Source of the DNA: Podarcis gaigeae
Taxonomy: Eukaryota
DNA: 64,000 nucleotides
Reading direction: 5' to 3' (one strand)
NCBI GenBank assembly: GCA_964106915.2
Contig: OZ066920.1
Positions 27,401 through 39,525 of the stretch are shown here, in pieces; positions within the stretch are counted from its first letter, which is position 1, and each line of letters opens with the position of its first letter. The position numbers were made by a program, and so were the translations under genes. The notes beneath the pieces were generated by a model. It was given only the letters and a program-made list of their open reading frames with translations. It was not told the DNA's origin and ran no database searches.

Positions 27401-30078
27401 TGCCAGTCCTGTATAACTTCAATATATGCAACTTCTTGCAGGAGCCTTCTCTGTGGTAGATTTAAGCATGGAGAGACAGAGAGCGTATTATCATCAAGAG
27501 CATTGATTTTATTATTATTATTCTTTAAGCTTAACAATCAAAATTATAAATAACAGACAAACTTGCCTTGGTAAGTGATAAAGAACTACTTCAGCTCCTG
27601 TGCTGTTGGATGTCCGTGAGTGGTGTCTCAAGTACAGAACATAAAGTTGCCCATATCTAAGGAGATAAAATTATTCCATTTTGTATGAACTCATGAGTAA
27701 ATTTTAAAGTAAAGGGTATGGATGGATTTCTAAGGACTCTCTTGACAGCCATTATAATTTACAATACTGCACTGTGGGTTAAACCACAGAACCTAGGACT
27801 TGCCGATCAGAACGTCAGCGGTTTTAATCCCTGCGACAGGGTGAGCTCCCGTTGCTTGGTCCCTGCTCCTGCCAACCTTGCAGTTCGAAAGCACGTCAAA
27901 GTGCAAGTAGATAAATAGGTACCGCTCCAGCGGGAAGGTAAACGGCATTTCCGTGCGCTGCTCTGGTTCGCCAGAAGCGGCTTAGTCATGCTGGCCACAT
28001 GACCCGGAAGCTGTACGCCGGCTCCCTCAGCCAATAAAGCTAGATGAGCGCCACAACCCCAGAGTCGGTCATGACTGGACCTAATGGTCAGGGGCCGCTT
28101 TACCTTTACCATTATATTGATAATGCTTCTAAATAAAGTGGAATCCATCACAGTAGAATCATTATTTCCTTAGGGGAAGTCCTTGCACTGAAATTAATAC
28201 AGAATTAAATTTTTAAAAGGTGCCAATTCATGGAACTAAGGATAGGTACAACTTCAAAGTTGCACAGAAAGAACCAGTATTTTTCAAGTTGAAAGGAAAG
28301 GGGAATTGAAAGATTCTGGGCTGAAAAGATGAAATGCATTCTTGTAGTAACCAAATAAAGAGAGTACAGTAAATATAGGGAAGATTGGGCCAAGGTCTTT
28401 GCTTGCCTCAGGCAGTTCCTTTTAGGGGGGAAAATCAATTTTAAAGTGTTCAAGAGGGGACTCTTGAATTCAAAACAAACTAGGCTTCAGTAACCTGCTC
28501 TGCTGTGTACATTTTAAGTTTCTTCTTTCCTTTGCTCACTGAAATACGTGGGCTTAGAAAGTGACTGTTATCTGTAGCTATTTCACATCCTCTCTTAGGA
28601 AACAGAACTGTAGAGCAAACCAACTGCTTAGTAAGAAAGAAAGAAAAGGAAGAGATATTAATGGCAACATGTCCACATTTTATGACATAAATCTAAAGGG
28701 AGGGGGAAAAACCCCAACGATAATACTTACATTGTAGCCATAGCAATATCTCTTTCAGAAAGACTGAGTTTGGACGCCTTTGGAGCTGCAGGTAATTCGA
28801 TTTCAAACTTGGACAGCTTTGACATAGTTCCACCCTAGAAGAAAGCATGTTGAAAATGTTGCATATAATTCTAATTCTATGTGGTTCCTCTTATGGTTTG
28901 CATAAAAATTATCCCAGCCCACAATATTTTCTCTCAGAAACTTGAGCGTGTCCAGTACCAAGCAGTAAAATGAAGTTTTAAACTTGCAATTCTAAATTTG
29001 CAACTTAATATTATACTCGTTGATTTTAATGATCCACAAAAATAGGTTTATGATTGAGTGAACTGTTCATTAAATAACCTATCCGAGGCATCCATTTCGC
29101 TACTTAATATTCCAGCATTAACTATTAAGTAAGCTAGCACAAACTGAAGCTAGAAAATGTCCAAGGTACTTTGTCATCTAAAAATATTCTGCTGGCACTG
29201 AATCTGTCCACCCCCCACCCACCTTACAGTTTTTTCTCAAAATTAATTTGCAGCTGTGACCTGCACTACTAAATCAACTTACAAAAACCTCATCTTTGGG
29301 GAAAAGGAAATTAAGTCATGGGGTTAAAACAAAAGTTATACATTATGACTGACTTCTGACATGTTTTACTGGAGACCTTTCCTTTGAAATCTTGACAACA
29401 TAAAAAAAAATCTACAGGTCAAAGCAGGTGCTGAATAGAAGGTGTGTTTTTCATAAATTCTGGGGACAGATGGTAGATAAATGAAAAGAAGTAGAGAGTC
29501 GTTGCAGCTCCATGATGCTTCCAAGTTCCAACACACACACACACACCCCACACACCCTCCACACAAAACTGTCTTCCAGATAAACCATTTGCTGACCAGA
29601 GCATACAAACAGCACCTCCAAGTGCCATATAAAACATAGCCAAGCTTAAAGCCAAAGGAGTAGGAAAGGTGTGTATATTTGGGAGCAAATGAAAGGCAAG
29701 GGAATGTAATGCAACGCAGCATAGTTTTAAAAAGCTCTCTGAGCAGCTAATTAAAGCAATGTGGATGATAACACTGGACACTTGACTACTACTATTACCT
29801 TAAAATAGAACGGCTGTAGAACATTTCCAAGAACTGTGGTAGACAGAAGAATTACGGAACTCTCAGGACAGTACATGTACCAGTTTACGTTGATATTTTG
29901 ACTCTTCAAAAGTTTTAAACTTCGCTTCTCTGGTAACACCTGAAGACACAAACAAATTCCAGTATATTTCCAAAAATGAAATATATTTTACAGTTGCTAA
30001 TCCAAAGAAATATTTAAATTTGCTCTAGGTGGGCAGACAGCATGTGCAGAATCTGGTTCTCAAAACTTCTGAGTTGTA

Positions 30079-30122
<44 letters not shown>

Positions 30123-33100
30123 ATAATAATAATAATTTATTTATACCCCAGCCACTCTGGGTAGCTTCCAACTGAATATTAAAAACACAATATACAGCAT
30201 AAAACATTAAAAACTTCCCTAAACAGGACCACCTTCAGATGTCAGGTGTGTATCAAAGTGGAATCAGGTAACACTGATTCTTCAAGCAGCTGCACTGGCT
30301 CCCTATATGCTACTGAGGCCAATTAGAGGTACTGACATTATGATATAAAGCCCTGACACAAATACTTTAAGGAGAGCCTCTCCCAACATCCATCACCTCA
30401 AGTCTTACGATCTGGAGGGGAGGCCCTTCCTGTGGTCCCACTAACTGCTTAGAATTGGGAGCACTGCTGATAGATCTTTCCTGCAGTATTGTATTAGAAT
30501 ATTCATTTCCTTCTTCACCAATATGGGATTACTTAAGTGTGGAAAGGAAAATTTAAATTTCAAAAGCCAAACACAAAATTACAGGATTTAGCTCATCTGG
30601 CACTGAAATATCACCTGGCCTTTAAAACAGAGCAAATATGGCAGAACAACGTAACATACTTTAAAAAAAAGAAACCAGATTGTTTTTATTACCTGATAAA
30701 ATTCAATTCCCTGATCTGTTATGAAGACGATTTCTGCAGAGCCTGTCCAGCAGAATCCTAAAATGTTGGCATTCTTGGTCTTTAACAGCAAACAACATTC
30801 AGTTGAAATAGGCATACAAGTTCATTTAAGGCAGAATTATCATGGGTCTCCTGTTCTAGTTTACATGTTTCAGTTCCAGCAGTAAATCTAGAAAGGAGTC
30901 CCCCGAGCTGAAGAGTGTCACAAGTGCTTTGATGTGTAAGTAAAGCTTCCAAGCAAATATGAATCCTCATTGACAATATTTTATCATATACATCCTGCAT
31001 GTTTGTCACGATGAAAATACAAGAATTATATTATCACATACCCTTGTCAAGCATGCTAAAGCTTAGTTTATAATAAAGAAATATGAAACTAAACTTAGAA
31101 TCTCATCCTATGCATGCATACTCAGAGCAAATTCTACTAAGTTCATTGCAACATTAAGCTTTCAAATGCAATTGAAATATTCAGTGAAGATTTGTAGCAG
31201 TTATACTGTAAAACAGGACATCTGATAACATGGCTATCTCATCACCCTCTCACGAAAAAATGCAAATTGTATCTGTTATTTGTATCTGTAACTATCTGTG
31301 TTAGATGCTACTCATAATGCTCCATTCTAAGTGACTAGAAGCATGGTGAAAAATGGACAAAGCAAAATTAATCTGAATTAATTCTAATCCCCTGAGTTGT
31401 CAGGGGACTGAAATACTCTGCATCGGTTACTAGGTTTAAGAAATATAAAAAATAACGGTAGAATGTTTGTTGCATGCTATTCACACTGCCCACTAAGGAT
31501 CACACAAGAAGCAATAGGCTTAAACTACAAAAGATTGACTGGAGCATTAGAAAACACCTACAAGCAGTCTTGAGGTTTTCAGGAAAAGTTGGTCAGCCAT
31601 GTGTCAGAGAAACCAGAATCAAAGAATAGTCTGTCTTATGACACAACTTGTGTACTTTTGCAGAAAGGTGAGGAAATTCATCAACAACACCACCAACAAC
31701 AGAAAGCTGCTGTATTGGACTCTTTCACAATGACTCTAAAAGCTGCTTCACATAATTAGAATTTATCACATGGATGTAGGTTCTATGAAATAAAATTGCA
31801 TGTACACAAGCACAATTCAGACTACCCTCTCCATGCATTCAAGAACACGTGATGAAGAGACATGGGACAGCATGAGCTAGCATAGCGGTTTGCGCAGAAT
31901 TAGTGGTTTCCTGAATCCACTCAAGCAGGTAAATTACAAAACTGGATTTTGGAGAAATATGGGAAGAACTGATTAATATCACTATGAACATCAGCACAGT
32001 GAGCTTTTTCAAGATAGGATAACTGAAATTTTATCACGTGCTGCCACTGAATGAATGTTTCAGAGCAGATTGCAAGACTACTAAATGGGAAGAGAAACTG
32101 CACTTCAAGGATAGATTATCTGCACTGCAATCTCATGAAGTGGCTGAGTACTTTTCAAAATTGATTAGAAGCAAGAGAGGTTCCTAAAAAAGCAGCAGGG
32201 CTCTGCCTCTTGAAAGAGGACTGTTCATTATATATGCTTGGGACTTTTTTGTTACTTTCTACTGCTTGTTCAAGAACGGATTTGGAGATTTTAATACTTC
32301 GAACTATGAAATCTGATCCACTTAAATGAACAAGCTTTCTCCTCCTCACCTCCCAATGTTCATCATTGTAAAATGAGAGCTACTGGCTAAACCTTGCTGA
32401 TGGTCAACATTATTTTTAAAGGCAAGAATACTGGTGATGGTGGGCAACTAGAACCTAAAGCATTCTGAAGAACTACAATAGCAGCATAAAAGTGAGATGA
32501 CTCCATTCTGCATTTTGAAACTTTTTTTATGAACCAGCAAACTGAAGGTTAATGGAGGTAACAATATTTTAAAGATTTAACTTAGTTAACTTAGTATTTG
32601 TTTAAACGTACCTTGCATTCTTGAGTATATTCTATCTGTGGGAAGTCTGGAATGAAGTTCAGAAAGTCCTGGAACAACAAGAAAAGCAGCAATTAAGAAA
32701 CATGTAGGCTGAAACCACACAGTGTTTGGTACATCTAAGCTCACTGATTTTAATTGGCTTAGCCAGGGGTCAGCAAACTTTTTCAGCAGGGGGCCAGTCC
32801 ACTGTCCCTCAGACCTTGTGGGGGGCCAGACTATATTTTGGGGGAAAAAACCTATGAACAAATTCCTATGCCCCACAAATAACCCAGAGGTGCATTTTAA
32901 ATAAAACGACACATTCTACTCATGTAAAAACATGCTGATTCCCGGACCGTCCATGGGTTGGATTTAGAAGGCAATTGGCCGGATCTGGCCCCTGGGCCTT
33001 AGTTTGCCTACCCATGGCTTAGGCACACCTAACTGCATAGAGTAAGACTATTAATATACTTGAATCTCCTTTGTAAATTAAGACAGACATCTAAGAGCTT

Positions 33101-34489
33101 CTTTTCTGTTTTAATATCCTACTTTCCACCTAAATGCTCCCTAAACTTTAATTGGCCATGGAATGCAATACTGTTCAAGACATTGCAGAAATGTAAAGGA
33201 GAAAATTATTTACAGACAAATGTAATGGTGAGTCATAATACTGTCATAATTCAGATCCCAAGCTCTTGCCTCCAGAGCTGCAGTTGCACTCAGGGTAAGC
33301 TAATAGTAAATATATTAAAAGGAAAAAAAGGGGGGGAAACCCTGCAGAGAACCCATTACAACACATCAGCCACCAAGGACAAAAGAAATGGCTATAAACA
33401 CTCCCACGTGCCCCAGACAGAGGTTTAAATAGAATAAAGAAATAAAACCCAAGAGGCTCAATTCAATCAAGTTTCTTTAATCTTCCTTTCCCTAATTACA
33501 GTGGTACCTCGGTTTAAGAAAGATTTGGTTTACAAACTCAGCAAAACCAGAAATAGTGTCTTGGTTTGAGAACTTTACCTCGGTCTAAGAACAGAATCCG
33601 AATGGTGGAAGGGCACTGATGGTGGAAGGCCTCATTAGGGAAAGTGCACCTTGGTTTAAGAACGGTTTTGGTTTAAGAACGAACTTCCAGAATGGATTAA
33701 GTTTGTAAACCGAGCTACCACTGTACCACTAAGCCACAGTGACTGTATTAACATTATCAGCTATTCGATTAGTCTAGATTTCATTGTGCTTGACTATCTG
33801 GGTTATTTTTTAAAACTTGCAGTTTCTTACCACATTCTTTGATGTTCTCTGGACAGCCAATATCTTGTTGCCCAAGGAAAATTTGATGCACTTCACTTCC
33901 CCTTTGTCTTCCATTCTATAAAACAATAAATTGTCAGAATAGATAATTTATGGCCATTTTACACAGCAAAGCTATATACATTTTTCAGAAGCACTGGGCA
34001 TGCATGCAGTGGGCACTGCTCCTAGTTATGCCAGGAGGCCAAAAATCAAAGCACAAAATAGATAATTGAATATTAGCAAAATGCCTGTGATTATGGCAGG
34101 TTGGAAAGCATGTATGTCTGTGCTGAGGGAGGTCCTCTATACTACCAAGGTCCCAATACACATACACTGGCCTCCCTGCCGCCACAAATTCCTTGTTAAT
34201 CATAGCTGTCAAGCTTTCCTTTTTTTGCGGGAAATTTCCTTATTCCCGCGCCATTTCCCGTTGCTATCCTGGATTGTTAAGATATCCCATAGACTGTCCC
34301 CAGGACAGGTGAGGCTGCTGATCCCTTATTTTTGAGGCTGCTGATCCCTTATTTTCAAATCTGAAAGTTGACAGCTATGTTGTTAATGAGTGCTGGATTT
34401 GCTCAGTATTATGGATAAAATGTATTATTTTTATTAATTAAATTTATATTGAGCCCGGCCTTGGCTGGGGAGGGCGGGGTATAAATAAA

Positions 34490-34541
<52 letters not shown>

Positions 34542-37500
34542 TGCCCTTCATCTGCGGATCACCGGGCAGTTGACAATATGAAAACAGAAAAATATATACT
34601 ATAGTAACAAACAAAAACAATAACCCCCACCCACACTAGCTGACCCTTCTATCGTGTCTCCCACAGTGATTTATTTTTCTTAAAGGAACGAATGGCAAGA
34701 GAAAGTAAAGGGACGCTCTTAAGGAAACCATCAGGAAAGGAGTTAAAACCAAGTCCTGCCCCTGTTCACCCTGGGGTCTGAGGGAGGAAAAAACCAAGAC
34801 ATCTGCTATATTGAAACAAATAGCATTCTTTATTCAGAGGGACTTTTGGAGGATGCTTCTTTGTTTAAGTTTTGAACAAAGTTTATTAACAAACAAAAAT
34901 AATTTGAATTTGTTCAGTCTTAAGACCAAAAGGCAAGGACCTCCTGCCCCCTGTATACTGCAAGCCGATCACTGAGACTGCTTTCTGGAAGGCAAAGCAC
35001 CATCCCTAAATTTCAGAAACCAGATTTAATCTGTTTAATTTCAGGAGCTCTTCACACTATGAATGTGGTGCTAATATTTATATTTCTGATGTTTTAATCT
35101 ATGTTTTAAATGCTGTATTTTTATGTTTTATAAACCACTTTGAGACATATACTTAAATAAATGGCCAGATTATGTCTCACCTCAATTGTAGAAGCTTAAG
35201 ACTGCTTATCTGGTCCTATAATTCAAAGGAACTGCTGAGAAGTGAGCCAGCCAGAATGACAAAGATAACGAACCCACAGCTTTATGCAATGATGATTCCA
35301 AATATGCCACAATCTAAAAGCAGTCAGCCAGAGTAGGCTGTATACATTTCTTTAAAAGTTGTAGGTCTTGTGTATTAAATGAAACACAAGTGGCCTTAAC
35401 TAGTCACACAAATCAGCATTTTCAAAGAAGCATTCAGTTTTCTCTTACAACAAAAAAATTGTGTTTTGTATCAAGGTAGAATCTTAGACAGGGACAGGGG
35501 TGGCGCTGTGCTCTAAACCACAGAGCCTAGGACTTGCCGATCAGAAGGTCGGCGGTTTGAATCCCCGCGACGGGGTGAGCTCCCATTGCTCGGTCCCTGC
35601 TCCTGCCCACCTAGCAGTTTGAAAGCATGTCAAAGTGCAAGTAGATAAATAGGTACCACTCCGGTGGGAAGGTAAATGGCGTTTCCGTGCACTGCTCTGG
35701 TTCGCCAGAAGCAGCTTAGTCATGCTGGCCACTTGACCCGGAAGCTGTACGCCGGCTCCCTCGGCCAATAAAGCGAGATGAGCGCCGCAACCCCAGAGTC
35801 GGTCACAACTGGACCTAATGGTCAGGGGTCCCTTTACCTTTACCTTAGAATCTTAGACACTGCAACTAAAGCCCAACTCCAGGCTATCAAGAGATTAAGC
35901 AGCATACTCTGTTTTAGAGCACACTTACCTGAATGAGATGGGATTGCGGTCTTCCAAGCCTTTAACTACGACTCCAGTAGCTCCGCCAGATCGAACAGCA
36001 AAAACCTAAGTAATTAAAAAGTTAATATCCGGATTTAGGTTCATTTTAGTACAGGGTTCTTAACTCACTGTGGTCAGTGACTGAAATCAATCTATTCATT
36101 CATTCATTCATGGTTCTTAACCTGTGGTTCATGGATGGGCTTCACAGAGTCAATAAACCAGGAGCAAAAAAAAAAAAAAAAAAAAAAAGGTGCAAGTTTG
36201 ATGCAAAAGTTTGTTTATGTTTATGTGCATTTTTCTGAGGAGGGGGTCAATAGCTTTCATCAGATTCTCAAAGGGAACCATGACGCTAACAAGGTAAGAA
36301 CCACTGCTCTAGAAACTTTCAAAGTAAGATAAACATCAGATTTTCTAAGATAAACTGTATACAGTAAGATTAACATCAGTGGTACCTCGGGTTAAGAACT
36401 TAATTCATTCTGGAGGTCCATTCTTAACCTGAAACTGTTCTTAACCTGAAGCACTATTTTAGCTAATGGGGCCTCCCACCACCGCCACACGATTTCTGTT
36501 CTCATCCTGAAGCAAAGTTCTTAACCCAAGGTACTATTTCTGGGTTAGCGGAGTCTGTTAGCGGAGTCTGTGACCACTGTATCCCTTTCTAATTATGAAT
36601 GTAGTTTAATTTAATGCATTACTCATTTAAAAGACTGGTTTAACCCTTTTATTTAAAATATAAAGGATGAGTTCTCTTATTTTCTCTAAATGCCAACAGT
36701 TGCAGTTCCTTCTTGGCCACTTGCATGCTGCTCATGGGTCCTCCCCAGCTAGGGCAATTTGAGGCTTGTTTCCAATGACTTCTCCCTACTGATAAATACT
36801 AGGTTAGAATATGTCAGTTGCATAATTCATTCTCAGATACCACTCCCAAAGATTGCGCAGAAGCTGCAGCTCAACTATTGGTGGCCTTGGGCAAGTGGTG
36901 GCATATAAATTTGTACAAGCTGCCAATGAGCTTATGAACCCAAAACAAGGAGCTCACTGGCAGTCAGAAGTCACATACATCTCAGAGATCACATCTCCTC
37001 AAATACACTTATCTGCCTGCTAAGAGAAGGCTCTGCTCCAAGTTCCTGTTCAGGTAACGCTGGCTGGAATGAGGGGCAGTGCGCTTTCAGTAGCTGCTCA
37101 TGTTTCGCAGCTTCCTTTGCTACATTAAGGGAATTACCCAAGTGCTTTAGCTAGTGAGGACAAGGAAATGGGCTGGCAAGAGTGAAAGTAGAAACTGTTT
37201 TCTACCGTTATTTTGTTTGTACTTATTTGATCTGGGATGTATTTTATGCCTGGGCACATTTAGAAAGGCAGGATAGAGATGGTTTAAACAAACAATATGC
37301 TTATTGGAAAAGTTCACTGATAATCAGACTGTGCACACACAAAAAAGTCACAACTTCCATAACCATGAACAGCTAAAAAGGGTGCTTCTGAGATTGTGAA
37401 AATTCGTGTCAAATGTTCTTCTAGTTCAACAACTGCAGGCACACACACACTCAAATGTGCATTGCAACAGTTCGCACGTGGGAGAAAATGGTTTTTTGAT

Positions 37501-39525
37501 TGTTTAGTCCAATTACCAGCACAAGGATGTTTAAACAGACCAAAGAGATGTCAAAGCTACAGTGTGGCAAACACAGGCTTTGATGTCAAATTTCAGATTC
37601 CCAGTTGTCTTTAAGACCAAGCTCACATGAAGCCCGTTCAAGAAACTTAAGCAATCACATGGAGAATCTGTAACAAAGAGATCACATGAAAGCACCCACT
37701 AATTAAATTAGTGTTTCAGACATGCGATTGTCACTAGAAGTTGTATTTTTCAAGAAAAATATTGCAAATTATATCAGTTTTGGCTCTTGCATTAAGAAAA
37801 GGGATAGAATGTTCTGTCATGAGTTATTTATGGCACCTTTAAAAAACTGATTCAAGAAAAAACTATCTCTGCTAGCAAATTGAAGTGCTGAAGGTAAACT
37901 CATGGTAGGTGCAGAGATTGTGAAATGGACACCCAATTTGGCCTTCACCTTTCTGCCCATAGCATGATTTGTGTTCTATTAGTAAACTGAAGCAAACTGT
38001 CTATATGATGCAACAATGTGGACATCCCTACCAGGCAAAGCAAGTACTAATTCCAGAGAGCCAGAAGAACGCCCAAAAAAGCCAATGCTCAGAACAGAGA
38101 GGGAACTGAACATTTAACATTTTTGTAGAACCGAAAGCATCAGTAAGGGCAGTTTCCCCGCAACCTAAGACACAATGAGCTGCACCTGAACTTCCCCTTC
38201 TTTGCAACTATTAAAAGAAGTTCCTTGTTTCACCTGCTCATTTTACAGATACAAACATTTCACAATAGGCAGTGCTGCCCAACATCCACCCTTCTTACTG
38301 GTTATATTACTTCAAACAAATTGCAGGAAAGAAAAGCAGCCATCCTACAACCAAGTTGGAGAACCCTGCTGCAGCTCCAACAGCTGTGGGACAAAATTCT
38401 CACACAAGGCCTGCCTACAGCACTAAATCTCTTTCACTGAGAAGCCTCTGAATCATAATAATTATCAGGGCTGTTTTCATGACTGAGTTGATAATTTGTG
38501 TGTTACTGAATAGATTTTTATGGACTCATAACTTTTTTCCTCTGTATATATTTGCTATTCTTTTTATTTAGTTGTTCCTCACTCCGGGATTAAACTATGT
38601 GATGATGACCAGGCTATAAATATACACCATCATCAGTATTTACAGAAGCCACCCATTCCAGTACATCTGGATTCTAGCAGTGGCTTTCAACAGCTGAATC
38701 CGGATTTGCAAGTGGATGGTACACACACCCTTCTAAGATGGTCCACAAAGCACCATTCTTTCCAAGGCAGGCAAAGAGAGATTCATGTGGTATTTTTTTT
38801 AAAAAAAGACCACAGGCTTCCTGCGCATTTAAACAGGTTTTTCCTCAAATTTCGCTTAGCGCGGTTTTCCCTCTCATCCCTGCATTAAAAACAGTGGCGT
38901 AGCGTGGGTTGTCAGCACCCGGGGCAAGGCAAGTAATTTGCAGCCCCTAACCCGTGGATTTGCGCCCCCTAACCCCCAGATGTTGCGCCCGGTGCGGCCG
39001 CCCCCCCCCCCACACCCACGCTACGCCACTGATTAAAAATCCAACCTGCGAAGCAACTGTTGAGAGATACAGAAGAGCCCCCCCCATTATATTGAGTCGC
39101 CCCAGGGGAAAACAAGGCACGAAGATGGGCCCCCACTGAGGGGGGGAAGAGAGTGGCAAGAGAAGCTCTGGAGCTATAGACTGCAGCTGGGGGTTTTGTT
39201 TTTGAAGGGCGGGTCGGCCTGGGAAAGTTGGGAAGCTCCTGCCTTTGCTGTATTTATTATGATGATGAGGCGCCTGCTATCCCAGGGGTGGCGCCGCCAG
39301 CGAGCGCGTGACCGGCCGGTTCCACGGGGGCAGGCGCGGGGGGGGGGAAGGGAACGAGCTGCCCGGCGGATTCCGCCCCTTCCCTCGGCCCTGAGCCCCA
39401 CCCTACCCCCTCACCTGCTTATTGGCCTCGTCGAAGAAGACGCAGTTGACGGGGCTCGCCTTCTCGAAGTGCACGGGCCGCGCGCACAGCGCCAAGTAGT
39501 AGTCCTCGCTGGCGGCCGTCGCCAT
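14891..39525 (-). CDS. RMC1: Regulator of MON1-CCZ1 complex (C18orf8/MIC1), complete, 20 exons, 660 aa
   Basis: complement join(39415-39525,35929-36005,33831-33915,32612-32668,30693-30779,29799-29939,28731-28834,27567-27656,27345-27450,26112-26223,24987-25031,24025-24078,23527-23655,23107-23213,21759-21878,20891-20968,19449-19553,19179-19247,16431-16656,14891-14970) = 1983 nt in a continuous frame. Kozak GCCATGG. N-terminus MATAASEDYYLALCARPVHFEKASPVNCVFFDEANKQ; C-terminus GEHCEEHVVFFKQVFGDQALMKPTAF*. Confidence 0.96.
16431..16656 (-). CDS. RMC1: RMC1 exon 19
   Basis: RLSTANDEIVEVLLSKHQVLAALRF...FFEQRNQRLRGNPSFTP. Confidence 0.95.
16739..19045 (+). mobile_element. DIRS1-like tyrosine-recombinase retrotransposon, internally deleted and degenerate (RMC1 intron 18)
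   Basis: Inverted terminal repeats at about 16740-16850 and 18907-19013, a 3' extension to 19045, and an internal complementary region at about 18565-18649. Frameshifted YR remnant: FCIFHKDEVVLRTDPTFVPKV / LDVQWALKIYIHRT..LFVSF..LSRWL / NTFTRHYRLD..AAFG. Confidence 0.88.
17922..18515 (+). pseudogene. DIRS tyrosine recombinase pseudogene fragment
   Basis: Three pieces in different frames. The RHY catalytic tyrosine motif is retained, but the HSTR motif has decayed to RSTS. Confidence 0.8.
19179..19247 (-). CDS. RMC1: RMC1 exon 18
   Basis: ACLLLSLESIYPPAHQLSLDMLK. Confidence 0.94.
19449..19553 (-). CDS. RMC1: RMC1 exon 17
   Basis: HYLYELVIKTLVQHNLFYMLHQFLQYHVLSDSKPL. Confidence 0.94.
20891..20968 (-). 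CDS. RMC1: RMC1 exon 16
   Basis: EAPHKFTIAVLMEYIRSLNQFQIAVQ. Confidence 0.93.
21759..21878 (-). CDS. RMC1: RMC1 exon 15
   Basis: ALETGQSRSNPPPKRPVRTQAVIDQSDMYTHVLSVFTEKK. Confidence 0.93.
22130..22440 (+). mobile_element. L2-like LINE 3' fragment
   Basis: GGGCCTTTTCTGCAGTGGCTCC..TGGAATGCT; related copies at about 7940-8110, 42780-42926 and (reverse) 39870-39980. Confidence 0.55.
22501..22864 (-). mobile_element. CR1 LINE 3' fragment
   Basis: CTGCTGGATCAG...CCTCCATGAATTTGTCTAATC...CTTCCAACATTCAGCTTC. Confidence 0.75.
23107..23213 (-). CDS. RMC1: RMC1 exon 14 (GC donor)
   Basis: LSEPDGGSLSVVATVFDKLNHEYKKYLEAEQTYNM; donor ATG|gcaagt. Confidence 0.9.
23527..23655 (-). CDS. RMC1: RMC1 exon 13
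   Basis: GYLWNLQVKLEPIVNLLPDKGKLMDFLLQRKDCKMVILAVCSQ. Confidence 0.94.
24025..24078 (-). CDS. RMC1: RMC1 exon 12
   Basis: YSSSWIVFQPDIIISASE. Confidence 0.92.
24447..24480. repeat. (GT)17 microsatellite
   Basis: Read directly. Confidence 0.95.
24987..25031 (-). CDS. RMC1: RMC1 exon 11 (U12-type donor follows)
   Basis: GPASVTSQFPVPCKL; donor T|gtatcctt. Confidence 0.88.
26112..26223 (-). CDS. RMC1: RMC1 exon 10
   Basis: TSIIFDIRLKGESDGTVTLHQLVLPARSIQPYQIPVA. Confidence 0.92.
26958..27177 (+). mobile_element. CR1 LINE 3'UTR fragment
   Basis: Reverse complement of the 22501-22700 copy. Confidence 0.7.
27345..27450 (-). CDS. RMC1: RMC1 exon 9
   Basis: EGSCKKLHILKLYRTGKFALNVVDNLVVVHHQDTE. 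Confidence 0.93.
27567..27656 (-). CDS. RMC1: RMC1 exon 8 (GC donor)
   Basis: YGQLYVLYLRHHSRTSNSTGAEVVLYHLP; donor AG|gcaagt. Confidence 0.9.
27769..28110 (+). mobile_element. Sauria SINE (Squam1-type), slightly 5'-truncated
   Basis: tRNA-like head, body GTGCAAGTAGATAAATAGGTAC, (ACCTTT)n tail; nearly identical to the copy at 35491. Confidence 0.88.
28731..28834 (-). CDS. RMC1: RMC1 exon 7
   Basis: GGTMSKLSKFEIELPAAPKASKLSLSERDIAMAT. Confidence 0.92.
29799..29939 (-). CDS. RMC1: RMC1 exon 6
   Basis: VLPEKRSLKLLKSQNINVNWYMYCPESSVILLSTTVLGNVLQPFYFK. Confidence 0.94.
30079..30135. repeat. (TAG)14(TAA)5 compound microsatellite
   Basis: Read directly; abuts an L2-like tail. Confidence 0.95.
30693..30779 (-). 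CDS. RMC1: RMC1 exon 5
   Basis: TKNANILGFCWTGSAEIVFITDQGIEFYQ. Confidence 0.93.
32612..32668 (-). CDS. RMC1: RMC1 exon 4
   Basis: DFLNFIPDFPQIEYTQECK. Confidence 0.9.
32764..33016. mobile_element. hAT-type MITE
   Basis: Imperfect TIRs CAGGGGTCAGCAAACT / AGTTTGCCTACCCATG; degenerate GCTTAG(G)C target duplication. Confidence 0.75.
33499..33723. mobile_element. Tc1/mariner-Tigger-like MITE
   Basis: TA TSD; TIRs CAGTGGTACCTCGGTTTA / TAAACCGAGCTACCACTG. Confidence 0.82.
33831..33915 (-). CDS. RMC1: RMC1 exon 3
   Basis: MEDKGEVKCIKFSLGNKILAVQRTSKNV. Confidence 0.93.
34201..34379. mobile_element. hAT-type MITE
   Basis: TIR CATAGCTGTCAA; 8-bp TSD TTGTTAAT; internal tandem duplication of GAGGCTGCTGATCCCTTATTTT. 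Confidence 0.88.
34490..34540. repeat. (TTA)n microsatellite, about 16 units
   Basis: Read directly. Confidence 0.95.
35491..35845 (+). mobile_element. Sauria SINE, full length with 14-bp TSD
   Basis: TSD TAGAATCTTAGACA at 35477-35490 and 35846-35859; (ACCTTT)n tail. Confidence 0.92.
35929..36005 (-). CDS. RMC1: RMC1 exon 2
   Basis: VFAVRSGGATGVVVKGLEDRNPISF. Confidence 0.93.
36377..36579. mobile_element. Tc1/mariner-Tigger-like MITE, rearranged right end
   Basis: Starts CAGTGGTACCTCGGGTTAAG and ends ACCACTG-TA. Confidence 0.65.
38892..39031. mobile_element. hAT-type MITE
   Basis: Perfect 18-bp TIR CAGTGGCGTAGCGTGGGT; perfect 8-bp TSD ATTAAAAA. Confidence 0.9.
39415..39525 (-). CDS. RMC1: RMC1 exon 1
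   Basis: ATG in GCCATGG; ...FFDEANKQ|gtgagg. Confidence 0.93.

Noticed and set aside
27807-28151. Similar ORFs at 27807-28151 and 35541-35768 that look like a small gene family
   Set aside because: Both are antisense translations of Sauria SINE copies.
30025-30207. ORF with a poly-Leu run resembling a transmembrane peptide
   Set aside because: It is a translation of the (TAG)n(TAA)n microsatellite.
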